A stretch of 63,926 nt of DNA, counting the filler, from Lama guanicoe (taxonomy: Eukaryota): the NCBI GenBank assembly GCA_013239625.1. It is 192 parts of 192 records of this genome, joined end to end, with 100 filler letters (N's around TTAATTAATTAA, not from the genome) between each part and the next. Parts side by side here need not be neighbours in the genome. Positions count along the whole stretch, not along the records: positions 25,641 to 25,873 come from PNXV01044679.1; positions 25,974 to 26,206 come from PNXV01044680.1; positions 26,307 to 26,539 come from PNXV01044681.1; positions 26,640 to 26,872 come from PNXV01044682.1; positions 26,973 to 27,205 come from PNXV01044683.1; positions 27,306 to 27,538 come from PNXV01044684.1; positions 27,639 to 27,871 come from PNXV01044685.1; positions 27,972 to 28,204 come from PNXV01044686.1; 184 more parts are not named here. One strand, 5' to 3'. Both the position numbers and the translations under genes were made by a program. Each line of letters starts with the position of its first letter. The first letter of the stretch is position 1. Below, piece after piece: positions 25,541 to 37,881 of the stretch. A model generated the notes under the pieces. It ran no database searches, was not told the DNA's origin, and saw only the letters and a list, made by a program, of their open reading frames with translations.

Positions 25541-25973
25541 NNNNNNNNNNNNNNNNNNNNNNNNNNNNNNNNNNNNNNNNNNNNTTAATTAATTAANNNN
25601 NNNNNNNNNNNNNNNNNNNNNNNNNNNNNNNNNNNNNNNNCATTTCTTGGTACATCTTTGCTTTCTTTAATCACTCGGTTTGATGCGGGTAATCTGACGC
25701 TAACTGCAGAGGCTTCCTTGTGTTTTGACTATCTCTACCACCGCGTAGATAAGAGACAAGGCACCAGGGGATGGCAGACAATTGTAGGGAAGGCACGACT
25801 TTAAACCAGAAGACCTAAGATCTAGTTTATCTGACCATGGATTAGCCAAGAAGCTTTAGCCAGCTGACTTAACNNNNNNNNNNNNNNNNNNNNNNNNNNN
25901 NNNNNNNNNNNNNNNNNTTAATTAATTAANNNNNNNNNNNNNNNNNNNNNNNNNNNNNNNNNNNNNNNNNNNN

Positions 25974-26070
25974 GGGTTATTTAACTTACTTGAGGTCACA
26001 GAGCTAAGAAATGGGGAAGCCAAGTTTGAGATCACGTTGTCTGACTACAAGGCTAGGCTGTCTTCTACAA
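25974..26070. mobile_element. MIR SINE core fragment
   Basis: aacttacttgaggtcacagagctaagaaatggggaagccaagtttga..gtctgact. Confidence 0.6.
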
Positions 26071-26306
26071 TTAGGTTGCCATGCAGACATTTGGGTGACA
26101 GTGTCCATAAGCACTGGATTATAAAGAACCTAATAACTGGATAGAGATTAGGAAAGTGGACTTATTAGGGAAACACCATTAGATGGTGCTCATGAATTTA
26201 AATTCANNNNNNNNNNNNNNNNNNNNNNNNNNNNNNNNNNNNNNNNNNNNTTAATTAATTAANNNNNNNNNNNNNNNNNNNNNNNNNNNNNNNNNNNNNN
26301 NNNNNN

Positions 26307-26539
26307 CACAAAAATACAAATAGTAACACAGACAAAATGAGGCAGCAGGGGACTATGTTCCAGACAAAGGAACAGGATAAAACCCAAGAAGAAAAACTGA
26401 GTGAAGCAGAGATAGGCAATCTATCTGAGAAGTTCAGAGTAACGATTGCAAAGATGATCAAAGAACTCAGGAAAAGAATGGATGCACAGAGCGAGAAGTT
26501 TTACATCTTTAACAAAGAGTCAGAAAATATAAACACAAC
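26307..26539 (+). mobile_element. LINE-1 ORF1 N-terminus (ATG 26337)
   Basis: MRQQGTMFQTKEQDKTQEEKLSEAEIGNLSEKFRVTIAKMIKELRKRMD. Confidence 0.88.
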
Positions 26540-26972
26540 NNNNNNNNNNNNNNNNNNNNNNNNNNNNNNNNNNNNNNNNNNNNTTAATTAATTAANNNNN
26601 NNNNNNNNNNNNNNNNNNNNNNNNNNNNNNNNNNNNNNNGATAAAATTGATGCTGAATGCTTTCTCATTTTAGCTAGAATAATATCCACCCATGAATGTG
26701 TGACCTAATTAAAAAGAGAACCGTCCCACTCATCTCACTAAGAGATGCATTGCAACAGAATTTTACTTTTTATTTCAATCGGGATCTTTCAAAATTTGTA
26801 ATGATGTATGTTGGTTTGATTATTAAATGTTCATAATAATTATAATGGATAACCAACCCAGACTTTTTTTTTNNNNNNNNNNNNNNNNNNNNNNNNNNNN
26901 NNNNNNNNNNNNNNNNTTAATTAATTAANNNNNNNNNNNNNNNNNNNNNNNNNNNNNNNNNNNNNNNNNNNN

Positions 26973-27205
26973 CCAAGAAAGTGAAAGACTTATATGCAGA
27001 GAACTACAAAACACTGACTAAAGAAACTAAAGATGACTTAGAGAAATGGAAAGCTATCCCATGTTCTTAGAGTGGAAGAATTCATATTGTTAAAATGGCC
27101 ATACTGCCCAAAGCAGTCTACAGATTTAATGCAATCCCTATCAGATTGCACAGGATATTTTTCACAGAACTAGAACAAATAATCCTAAACTTTATATGGA
27201 ATCAC
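26973..27205 (+). mobile_element. LINE-1 ORF2 fragment
   Basis: [43 protein letters not shown]. Confidence 0.95.
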
Positions 27206-27649
27206 NNNNNNNNNNNNNNNNNNNNNNNNNNNNNNNNNNNNNNNNNNNNTTAATTAATTAANNNNNNNNNNNNNNNNNNNNNNNNNNNNNNNNNNNNNNN
27301 NNNNNCCTGCGTTTACACTTAGCTCCATGAGGGCTTGCTACGTCCTTACCCTGAGAAGCCATTTGTGTGCACTGAAATTAAAAATTTACCCAGACCTCCC
27401 ATGCTTTTTTGGCTCCGTCTGACAGTTCTACCTTGCAGCCACCCTCACTCCAATTGCTTGGAACCTTGAGGCTGTTTCCATGCCTCTTAAAGTTCAGATT
27501 TCTAGGAGTGATGGATCCTGTGCATTCTCTCTGCAGTTNNNNNNNNNNNNNNNNNNNNNNNNNNNNNNNNNNNNNNNNNNNNTTAATTAATTAANNNNNN
27601 NNNNNNNNNNNNNNNNNNNNNNNNNNNNNNNNNNNNNNCTTCGACCAGC

Positions 27650-27871
27650 CCCCTCCTGGGCCTGCACACTCCTGGGCCTGCACACACTGGGGCCTGCACA
27701 ATCCTGGGCCTGCACATTCCTCTGCCTGCTCCCTTCTGTGCCTGAACACTCATGGACTGCACAATCCTGGGCCTGTACACTCCTGGGCCTGCTCCCTCCT
27801 GTGCATGCACATTCCTTGGCCTGCACACAACTGGGCCTGCTCCCTCCTGTGCCTGCACACTCCTGGGCCTG
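27650..27871. repeat. GC-rich minisatellite, ~16-17-nt unit (ctcctgggcctgcaca)
   Basis: Multiple tandem degenerate copies. Confidence 0.9.
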
Positions 27872-28304
27872 NNNNNNNNNNNNNNNNNNNNNNNNNNNNN
27901 NNNNNNNNNNNNNNNTTAATTAATTAANNNNNNNNNNNNNNNNNNNNNNNNNNNNNNNNNNNNNNNNNNNNAGTACAGTTTCTGCTGATGTGGCGGCCAC
28001 GAGAGCCTGCCCCCTGGGGAGCCAGCAAGGGGGCTTAGTTTCCTGGTGGCCCTGGGTGCCGAGCCTCCCGGAACCCGCTAGGGTTGGGCTAAGACCACTC
28101 CTAGCAGTGACTCAGCACAGCCGGGAGTGACGGTGAGAGCCCATTCCTGCAGGTCATAGGGCTCTTCTACCGATGGCCGTGGTTCAAGAACCCCCCACTG
28201 GCCGNNNNNNNNNNNNNNNNNNNNNNNNNNNNNNNNNNNNNNNNNNNNTTAATTAATTAANNNNNNNNNNNNNNNNNNNNNNNNNNNNNNNNNNNNNNNN
28301 NNNN

Positions 28305-28537
28305 CATATCCTCAGATCTTGGTTGAAGATTTGTCCCTAACCAAGAGATCTATGATAAGTGTTGGTGGAGACACAAATTCAGCTGTTCTTAGCCCACTGA
28401 GAATTTCCTTCTCTAGAGAGTTGGTAAGTAAGTTTTTCAATTAATAATTTAAAAGTGCACACTCAGGTTGTTCAGGTATACCAAACTCGCACCCCTCTAC
28501 AAGTAATTTTAGCTACCAGGACCCCCTAATGAGGGCC
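28305..28537 (+). repeat. Copy A of a near-identical pair (reverse complement of 54011-54244)
   Basis: Same endpoints; 5 substitutions and one 1-nt indel by manual comparison. Confidence 0.95.
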
Positions 28538-28970
28538 NNNNNNNNNNNNNNNNNNNNNNNNNNNNNNNNNNNNNNNNNNNNTTAATTAATTAANNNNNNN
28601 NNNNNNNNNNNNNNNNNNNNNNNNNNNNNNNNNNNNNTCACAAACATACATGTAAGTGTTCTATTTCCCTCCTAAATAGACTCATGGTCTATACACGTTC
28701 TTCAGCTTACTTTTTCACTTGATATGACTTCGTCATGTTTGCAAGTCATCGTGTGTAGGTAGATGGGCCTCAGCTTTTAAACATTTGGAATCTAATATTC
28801 CTAAATCTCGATTTCGTGTAGCTTAGGCAGTCGGTTCATTGAATAGTCGGCACTCAGTGAGTGCAAACATNNNNNNNNNNNNNNNNNNNNNNNNNNNNNN
28901 NNNNNNNNNNNNNNTTAATTAATTAANNNNNNNNNNNNNNNNNNNNNNNNNNNNNNNNNNNNNNNNNNNN

Positions 28971-29160
28971 CGGTGGTGTCTGCCAGGTTTCTCCATTTCT
29001 AAAGTTACTAGTTTGCCCTTTACAATTAGTAAGCTTTTTAAGGGGAGATATACTGGAACTATGTAAATACCCCCATTTTTCATCAAACTGTTACCCACAA
29101 TTTTTAGCATCCACTGACGATTTCCACCTGAACCAAATATTCATATGATGGTCACAAAAC
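28971..29160 (-). mobile_element. Old L1M 3' region fragment
   Basis: gtgtctgccaggtttctccat..aaagttact..ggggagatatact..actatgtaaata..tttagcatccactga. Confidence 0.65.
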
Positions 29161-31303
29161 TAATTCTATATTAATGTTCAAATTAGCTCAGATCCAGACA
29201 GGANNNNNNNNNNNNNNNNNNNNNNNNNNNNNNNNNNNNNNNNNNNNTTAATTAATTAANNNNNNNNNNNNNNNNNNNNNNNNNNNNNNNNNNNNNNNNN
29301 NNNCCGAACAGGACACTGCTGTTTACTTGCCTTTCTTAGATCTGCTGTTTTTCCCCTTCTGAGTAATTCCCATGAATCAGTATTCCAGAAACTGTGAGTC
29401 AGATTTTATAATTGTGCCTTGCTAGTTAGTAGACCTACTCAAGGACATAGCAGGGCGAACATTGAAAATTCTGTGTCAGAGGAATAGACAATACTTTTGG
29501 AAAATTATCATTCATGACGTTAGAAATTTTGGAAGANNNNNNNNNNNNNNNNNNNNNNNNNNNNNNNNNNNNNNNNNNNNTTAATTAATTAANNNNNNNN
29601 NNNNNNNNNNNNNNNNNNNNNNNNNNNNNNNNNNNNGTCTCCTATGTACTTTTTATGTTGAAACTATCCATCGGTGTAGGGGTAGGTATATATTTATTAC
29701 TGCGAGATTTAAACGGTGCAACAATTCACAATCATTTTGAAAGCTGATAGTTTTTGGTGCAAAAACGTTATTCAGAACCTTCGAAGGGTTAAATAAAAAG
29801 GAAATTGAAAGTGTGTTAGCTAGAGAACTTTATGTCCTTTCTGAACACAGAAATATTTGTAAAAAAATTNNNNNNNNNNNNNNNNNNNNNNNNNNNNNNN
29901 NNNNNNNNNNNNNTTAATTAATTAANNNNNNNNNNNNNNNNNNNNNNNNNNNNNNNNNNNNNNNNNNNNATCCTTATCAACCAGGACCGGAACCACCTTT
30001 ACTTCGAACCATATTGTATCCAGAGCTGGAAGAAAGCTAGAGAATGCTGCGTAGAGAGGGCACCAGGGTCCGGAAAAGGAACAATCTTGATCACTTTCCA
30101 AAGCTATGAATCCCCAGCAGGGAGCCAGAGAGGGCTATAGGGAAACAGAAGACGAACGTGATTTCTGAATGAGCTTGAAGTGAGGAAGAATGGAATAAGA
30201 ACANNNNNNNNNNNNNNNNNNNNNNNNNNNNNNNNNNNNNNNNNNNNTTAATTAATTAANNNNNNNNNNNNNNNNNNNNNNNNNNNNNNNNNNNNNNNNN
30301 NNNGTCAGCTGGTGTGTGATCTGTCCTGTTGGACACCCGGATTGCTCCTCCACGAGTGACCGCGGAGCAGGCTATAATTCACCCCTGGTGGATTCCCGCA
30401 TGTGTGCTCTGAGTGCAGAGCCAGCAGGAGTTTTTAGGCAGATGCGTTCTTCGTTTTCCCCTGTCTCTGCACACTTGATGTGCCCCGTCTGTGCATACAT
30501 GGGCCACTTTTAGGTGGGCATAGAATGTGATCTATANNNNNNNNNNNNNNNNNNNNNNNNNNNNNNNNNNNNNNNNNNNNTTAATTAATTAANNNNNNNN
30601 NNNNNNNNNNNNNNNNNNNNNNNNNNNNNNNNNNNNGTGTGAAATATAAAGAAAGGAAGTGACCAGAATGAAGCCAAACATTCTTGTAAGGGTCATGTCT
30701 GCGGAATAGAAAAATATGACATTAATTTTGCTCAAAGAAAGCACCGCTGCTGGAACTTTCCTGGTATTGCCACTCTTCACTGTCACATGTATGCTTGGGC
30801 CATATCTGTGTCTACGACTTACTTCAGCTATAATAACCTACCCCCCGTAAAATTCCAAAGGAGAAAAAANNNNNNNNNNNNNNNNNNNNNNNNNNNNNNN
30901 NNNNNNNNNNNNNTTAATTAATTAANNNNNNNNNNNNNNNNNNNNNNNNNNNNNNNNNNNNNNNNNNNNTTTTTATACCCAGATAAGATATTTTCATATA
31001 CAGATGTCACAGAAAGGGAACATCAGATAATATTTCAATAAACATTTGATGTATTTGCTCCTAAAAATGTTTTGAAGGTAGTTTCCAAGTAATGAAGAAA
31101 TACTTGAATTTAATAGCCAAAAAAGTGAATATCATTTTATAATCAGATCTATTGGTAAGGATTACAAATTAAATATATAAAAATAGAATAATTTCTGGCC
31201 ATTNNNNNNNNNNNNNNNNNNNNNNNNNNNNNNNNNNNNNNNNNNNNTTAATTAATTAANNNNNNNNNNNNNNNNNNNNNNNNNNNNNNNNNNNNNNNNN
31301 NNN

Positions 31304-31536
31304 CTCCTAGAAGAGAACATAGGCAAAACATTCTCTGACATAAATTGTAGCAGTGCTTTCCTAGGTCAGCCTCCCAAGGCAATAGAAATGAAAGCAAAAA
31401 TAAACAAGTGGGATCTAATTAAACTTATAAGTTTCTGCACAGCAAAGGAAACCATAAACAAAATGAAAAGACAACTTACTGATTGGGAGAAAATACTTCA
31501 AACGATGCGACTGACAAAGGCTTAATTTCCAAAATA
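31304..31536 (+). mobile_element. LINE-1 ORF2 C-terminal fragment
   Basis: [41 protein letters not shown]. Confidence 0.95.
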
Positions 31537-31709
31537 NNNNNNNNNNNNNNNNNNNNNNNNNNNNNNNNNNNNNNNNNNNNTTAATTAATTAANNNNNNNN
31601 NNNNNNNNNNNNNNNNNNNNNNNNNNNNNNNNNNNNAGACTGATTTTTGTGGGAATTTCTCAGTTTAGAGTTCCCCAGACCACAAAAGTAGCCATATCCA
31701 ATGCCCGGT

Positions 31710-31830
31710 AATAACCTTTAATGAAAAAGAATACGAAGACAAACATATGTATGTATATGCATGACTGGGACCCTGTGCTGTGCCCCAGAAATGGACACAT
31801 TGTAACTAACTATACTTCAATTTAAAAAAA
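31710..31830 (+). mobile_element. LINE-1 3' tail
   Basis: atatgtatgtatatgcatgactggg..ccagaaatggacacattgtaactaactatacttcaatttaaaaaaa; the same tail occurs at ~41990 and ~52530. Confidence 0.8.
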
Positions 31831-34800
31831 TTACAAAATTATGTGACTTACAAATCTGGAGTTTAAATGNNNNNNNNNNNNNNNNNNNNNNNNNNNNNNN
31901 NNNNNNNNNNNNNTTAATTAATTAANNNNNNNNNNNNNNNNNNNNNNNNNNNNNNNNNNNNNNNNNNNNGTAGCTCACACTTGACCTCAGTGCCAGGAAG
32001 ACTCTGAGGAGAGATGGGAACTGAGACAGGCTGAAGCCTACATTCCGGACTAAAAAGGGCAGTTCCTATTTAGCTACAGTTGATTGTTAATGAGCAGAAA
32101 TACAAGCCTGATCACCAGATCTTCTTTTTGAAAGGAAAGTGGAAATCCAGAGCTCTCTCTGACTTCTCTGAATCTTAAAATATTGGCTCAAATGTATTTA
32201 AAANNNNNNNNNNNNNNNNNNNNNNNNNNNNNNNNNNNNNNNNNNNNTTAATTAATTAANNNNNNNNNNNNNNNNNNNNNNNNNNNNNNNNNNNNNNNNN
32301 NNNGACAGCTCCGTCATCCTGCATCTAACGCACCCCCGGGATGAGCCTCTAGGAAGGGACCCTACTGGCATCATTGTAGGCTGGTCTTCTCTCTTGCACA
32401 CTCCTCTAGCAGCTCCCCATCCCTGGGCATTTTGCAGCAGTGTCTCAAGTCCAGAACTGGAACTTGACTGGGAAACCACATCCATTTCAAAATGCAGCAT
32501 TTTCATCTGTTTGTTGGGTGATTCTTGGTGCCCCAGGNNNNNNNNNNNNNNNNNNNNNNNNNNNNNNNNNNNNNNNNNNNNTTAATTAATTAANNNNNNN
32601 NNNNNNNNNNNNNNNNNNNNNNNNNNNNNNNNNNNNNCTAGGCGGAAAGCAAACTCATCTACAACAGGTAATAGCCACTTGGGACCATGGGGTCTTTCCG
32701 GAGGGGACTTACTGAACTATTTGGGCACAATCAACGCTTCTCTAATGTTCAACCCTTGACGTGCCGAGCTAAAGTAATAAAACGCGTAGGCTGAGGAAGG
32801 GGGGCGGTTTCCAGGCGGTGGTAGTCCTGTTCCTCCTCTGCTGCAGGCCTGGAGCAGTACCTGGCAGCGAGNNNNNNNNNNNNNNNNNNNNNNNNNNNNN
32901 NNNNNNNNNNNNNNNTTAATTAATTAANNNNNNNNNNNNNNNNNNNNNNNNNNNNNNNNNNNNNNNNNNNNAGTTCTTCCCTAATGAATATTTATTGCTT
33001 CCCCTGCAAGCCAAAGGGAAGGAACAAAGGAGGCATCATTTTTAGTTTAAAAAAAGAGATAGAATGTAAAAGGGCTCTTGTTTCAGGGACCCGAGCCAGG
33101 GGGGAGCCGTCTTTCCTTCCTCGCTGCCCGCTGCCGGCCCTTCTGACCTCAAAGCATCGCGCATTTCAATCTTCTCTCTCTGGGAGTCTGAGGGGAGCCG
33201 TCTAGNNNNNNNNNNNNNNNNNNNNNNNNNNNNNNNNNNNNNNNNNNNNTTAATTAATTAANNNNNNNNNNNNNNNNNNNNNNNNNNNNNNNNNNNNNNN
33301 NNNNNGGAAGGGCAGATGGTGGTTAAAAATATAATAATACCAATTCTGCATTGTGTTACCTACTATCATTAATGACAGCAAATGGATCTCAGCTCCCAAT
33401 TTGCAGTCGTGGGCTCAGAGTGGTCAGCCTCAGTGATTATCTGGGGGAATACTGTGAGCTGCGTTTCCCCTGCTTTTAGTGACAAAGCCTTTGATTTCAC
33501 TCCAGTAGCACTAATTAATTATGCATTACAATTGCCAAGNNNNNNNNNNNNNNNNNNNNNNNNNNNNNNNNNNNNNNNNNNNNTTAATTAATTAANNNNN
33601 NNNNNNNNNNNNNNNNNNNNNNNNNNNNNNNNNNNNNNNCTGTTTCTCTGAGCTTCGTCTCCTATTAGATATTAATACTGACTTTCACCTGGAAGAGATG
33701 AAACTTAGTTTATTTTTATGTGTTTAACACACTTTCTTTTTTGGGAGAGTATTTCCACTTGGTCCCTTAGGCAAATAATGAAAACACCAAAAAGCATAAT
33801 ACAGTATGTGTTTTGCTTACTAACGGTCCCTTAAAATTGAGTAAACATAGCAACACCTGGAGAAGGTAAATGGNNNNNNNNNNNNNNNNNNNNNNNNNNN
33901 NNNNNNNNNNNNNNNNNTTAATTAATTAANNNNNNNNNNNNNNNNNNNNNNNNNNNNNNNNNNNNNNNNNNNNGGCTCCCTTGGCTGGGGACCACGTCCA
34001 GAGCAAGAATGAGAGGGATCTGGAGGATCTGTAGCTCTGGTCACGTTGACATGCGGGCGGGAAGGTCAGGGGGCTGCTGCCCAAACCTGACCCACCTCGG
34101 AATCACCCGGAGAGATTCTTAAGATCAGGGGTTCCTGGACCCTGCCCCAGACACACACAATGTCTGGGTTTCAAGCTTCAATGCTTCTTCAGTCTTCCCT
34201 GCACAGGNNNNNNNNNNNNNNNNNNNNNNNNNNNNNNNNNNNNNNNNNNNNTTAATTAATTAANNNNNNNNNNNNNNNNNNNNNNNNNNNNNNNNNNNNN
34301 NNNNNNNCAGGATAGTCATATAAGAAAATATCATATTAAGAAAACATCTTATAAGAAAATACCATGTAGTCACTAAAAATTATGTTTTTAGAGAGATTTT
34401 TATAACAGAAGTCTTATAATGTTTATTTTGAAATAACAGATAGCCAACTATGTAAAAGCATAATTTCAACACTGAGTTTTAGAACAGCACATAGGAAAGA
34501 AGTATTTCTGAGTAGGATGAAAGGTTTTCCATCTCCCTTTCNNNNNNNNNNNNNNNNNNNNNNNNNNNNNNNNNNNNNNNNNNNNTTAATTAATTAANNN
34601 NNNNNNNNNNNNNNNNNNNNNNNNNNNNNNNNNNNNNNNNNTTCCTCTCCTTTGAAGTCTGGCCTTCCTTCCTGGCCGGCCTGTGGAGAGCTTGAGGCAC
34701 ACCTCACCTCCCCAGAGGTCAGACCTCTTGCGCCCTAGCCTCCAGCATAGGGGCTGGCGGATTCAGTGCCCTGGAAGTAAGGTTGGAGTGAATTTCTTAA

Positions 34801-36311
34801 CGCAGCCTAAACTCCAGAGTCTAAGGGTAGGTCTGCAGAGAAATAGCCTTCGTGGAAAAGCCTGCATCCTTCATCNNNNNNNNNNNNNNNNNNNNNNNNN
34901 NNNNNNNNNNNNNNNNNNNTTAATTAATTAANNNNNNNNNNNNNNNNNNNNNNNNNNNNNNNNNNNNNNNNNNNNATGATAGGGAAATGAAAATTTTTAT
35001 TTAAATTCAGAATTATCTTTCTGAAAGAGAACTTGTGAAGTCAGAACATTACTGAATTGAAGTGGAACAAGATAAATGATATTTGATTTATCTGTATAGT
35101 GCCTACCGGTCTGCCATGAATAATGAGAACATTTATGACTAATAGCAGATTTAGTGCTTGTATCACACTGGCATTGGATTAAAGTGCTAACACTTTATAA
35201 TTGCCTTTTNNNNNNNNNNNNNNNNNNNNNNNNNNNNNNNNNNNNNNNNNNNNTTAATTAATTAANNNNNNNNNNNNNNNNNNNNNNNNNNNNNNNNNNN
35301 NNNNNNNNNTGGGGCTGTAACCACTATCCCTGGGCTCGGAATGATGAGTGTTTCAAACGGAAGGAAGCCTTAAAAGCATTATATCCACAGTGTCTATGGC
35401 GTTCATAGGAATCACCCAGGATCTATTTCAAATGCAATTTCTAATTCCAGCAGGTCTGTGGAGAGGCCCAAGAGGCCTTAGTTTTAACAAGGCGATGCCA
35501 ATGGACCACCGTTTGAGCAGGGAGGATCTGACTTACTCTGTCCNNNNNNNNNNNNNNNNNNNNNNNNNNNNNNNNNNNNNNNNNNNNTTAATTAATTAAN
35601 NNNNNNNNNNNNNNNNNNNNNNNNNNNNNNNNNNNNNNNNNNNAGTTAAAGGCCACTGAGAAACTGTTGTAGGAAAAACTCTAAAAACAGCCAACAAGTT
35701 TTCCAAGGTGTCTCCCTCCTGAAAAAGGAGGACTCTCAACAACTCTTAAGAAATGGAGAAAGCGGGCTTTAATCTTCTTGATGAACCTCTCTAAATAACC
35801 CAGGTTTACTATGCTTTTCCTTGTCAGTTTCCCACACTTGCCTCCCCAGGCCCAGGAGCCCCAGACTCCTTTTCCTTNNNNNNNNNNNNNNNNNNNNNNN
35901 NNNNNNNNNNNNNNNNNNNNNTTAATTAATTAANNNNNNNNNNNNNNNNNNNNNNNNNNNNNNNNNNNNNNNNNNNNCAGGAAATCAATAGTATTAAGAC
36001 TGAGAAAACCTAGGTTAAAGAATAAAATTATTTGTATTTATTTATAGCTGCCTTTGGATTGTTTTCCAATCTTGTTAACACTTTCTGTTTCTGCCAGCAA
36101 AATTAGAGCACAGCTTTTGCTACCAGTTTAAAATTTCCAACCAGTATGACTGCTCTTCAGGTCTTTTTCCCAGGCTGATGGGTGTGAAAGGCATTCCTTG
36201 CTTTCTTAAACNNNNNNNNNNNNNNNNNNNNNNNNNNNNNNNNNNNNNNNNNNNNTTAATTAATTAANNNNNNNNNNNNNNNNNNNNNNNNNNNNNNNNN
36301 NNNNNNNNNNN

Positions 36312-36545
36312 TTAAGTATATTAGAATACATATACACTATGTATTAAATATATAAATAATGCAATTAATATAATCATATACACTAATATATTGTTACATA
36401 TGAATAATGCAGTGTTATATATTATGTGCTTATAGATTATCATGTATTATGTATGACTTTTATATGTAAATATTAATATAAATACATATAAAATAAGCAT
36501 AATTCATGTTATAACTGATATGCATAGCTTACATATATAAATAAT
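36312..36545. repeat. AT-rich low-complexity (TA-derived) sequence
   Basis: Read directly from sequence. Confidence 0.85.
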
Positions 36546-37647
36546 NNNNNNNNNNNNNNNNNNNNNNNNNNNNNNNNNNNNNNNNNNNNTTAATTAATTA
36601 ANNNNNNNNNNNNNNNNNNNNNNNNNNNNNNNNNNNNNNNNNNNNCAGGGACTAATCTTATCAGGAAGAAAGAGAAATGAACTCATATACACTAAGGCCC
36701 AGCCAGGATGACTTAGATTTGAAGAGTGAGTAGTAGGAAGTCATAGGTAAGAGTGGAGAAAGTATGGAAAAGTTCTTGAAGACACCTTTTTGCTCAAACA
36801 ATTCCCTACTATTACACAACATAAGTTGCCACCTCTCTAATTGAAACACAAAAGGGTGGTTCAACATACACAAATCAATNNNNNNNNNNNNNNNNNNNNN
36901 NNNNNNNNNNNNNNNNNNNNNNNTTAATTAATTAANNNNNNNNNNNNNNNNNNNNNNNNNNNNNNNNNNNNNNNNNNNNCCCCCGGGCCCCCGCCTACAG
37001 ATTCGCCAGTTGAATGAAGGCCAGAGGCGGGTGGTCCTGACGGAGGTGGCTGTCTGCACCATTTGGGAAATGGCTGATTGACTCGGAGGCTCAAGGTCAT
37101 TTCAGTTCTTCTGTAGACTGGCCTTGACTTGGGAGAAATTTGCTACACATTAAGTGAACAATATATACTTTGGAATGATCTTTTTTTAATCTTTTTTAAT
37201 GGAGTTACCAGGGNNNNNNNNNNNNNNNNNNNNNNNNNNNNNNNNNNNNNNNNNNNNTTAATTAATTAANNNNNNNNNNNNNNNNNNNNNNNNNNNNNNN
37301 NNNNNNNNNNNNNTAATAAGGTTTATATTGTTATTGCACTTTTATCTCTTACTGGTGATTTTCATATTACCAACTATGTGATTTTAAAAGTCTTATTTTA
37401 TATTAATATTCCTAAATTTCTCCAAAATTAAAAAGTAACAAAACTTCAAAATGCTTTTCTATTTTATTTGGCCATAAAGCTCATGCTACGTACGATCATT
37501 AAAAAGAGATTACTCATCTCCAAACTACACAAACTAGAATATCTTTTNNNNNNNNNNNNNNNNNNNNNNNNNNNNNNNNNNNNNNNNNNNNTTAATTAAT
37601 TAANNNNNNNNNNNNNNNNNNNNNNNNNNNNNNNNNNNNNNNNNNNN

Positions 37648-37881
37648 CAAAAGGAGTAGAGAGAAAGACGGAACAGAGAACTATTTGAAGAGATAATAGC
37701 TGTAAACTTCCCTAACCTGGGGAAGGAAACAGATATCCAAGTACAGCAAACCATTGCCATAACGTGGACGAACCTAGAGTGTATTATCTTTAGTCAAGTA
37801 AGTCAGAGAAAGACAAATTCCATATGATTATCTTCTACTTATATGCGGAATCTAAAAAACAAAACAAATGAACAAATATAG
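37648..37881 (+). mobile_element. LINE-1 ORF1 segment joined directly to an L1 3'-end segment
   Basis: LFEEIIAVNFPNLGKETDIQVQ (ORF1) up to ~37746, then ccattgccataacgtggacgaacctagag..aagtaagtcagagaaagacaaat (ORF2 end/3' UTR). Confidence 0.8.

Noticed and set aside
27583..27923. Repetitive-peptide ORFs (AGPGVCRPR..)
   Set aside because: These are translations of a minisatellite, open on both strands.
33511..33521. TAATTAATTA inside a fragment resembling the linker
   Set aside because: It is not flanked by Ns and is not the full 12-mer, so it is natural AT-rich sequence.
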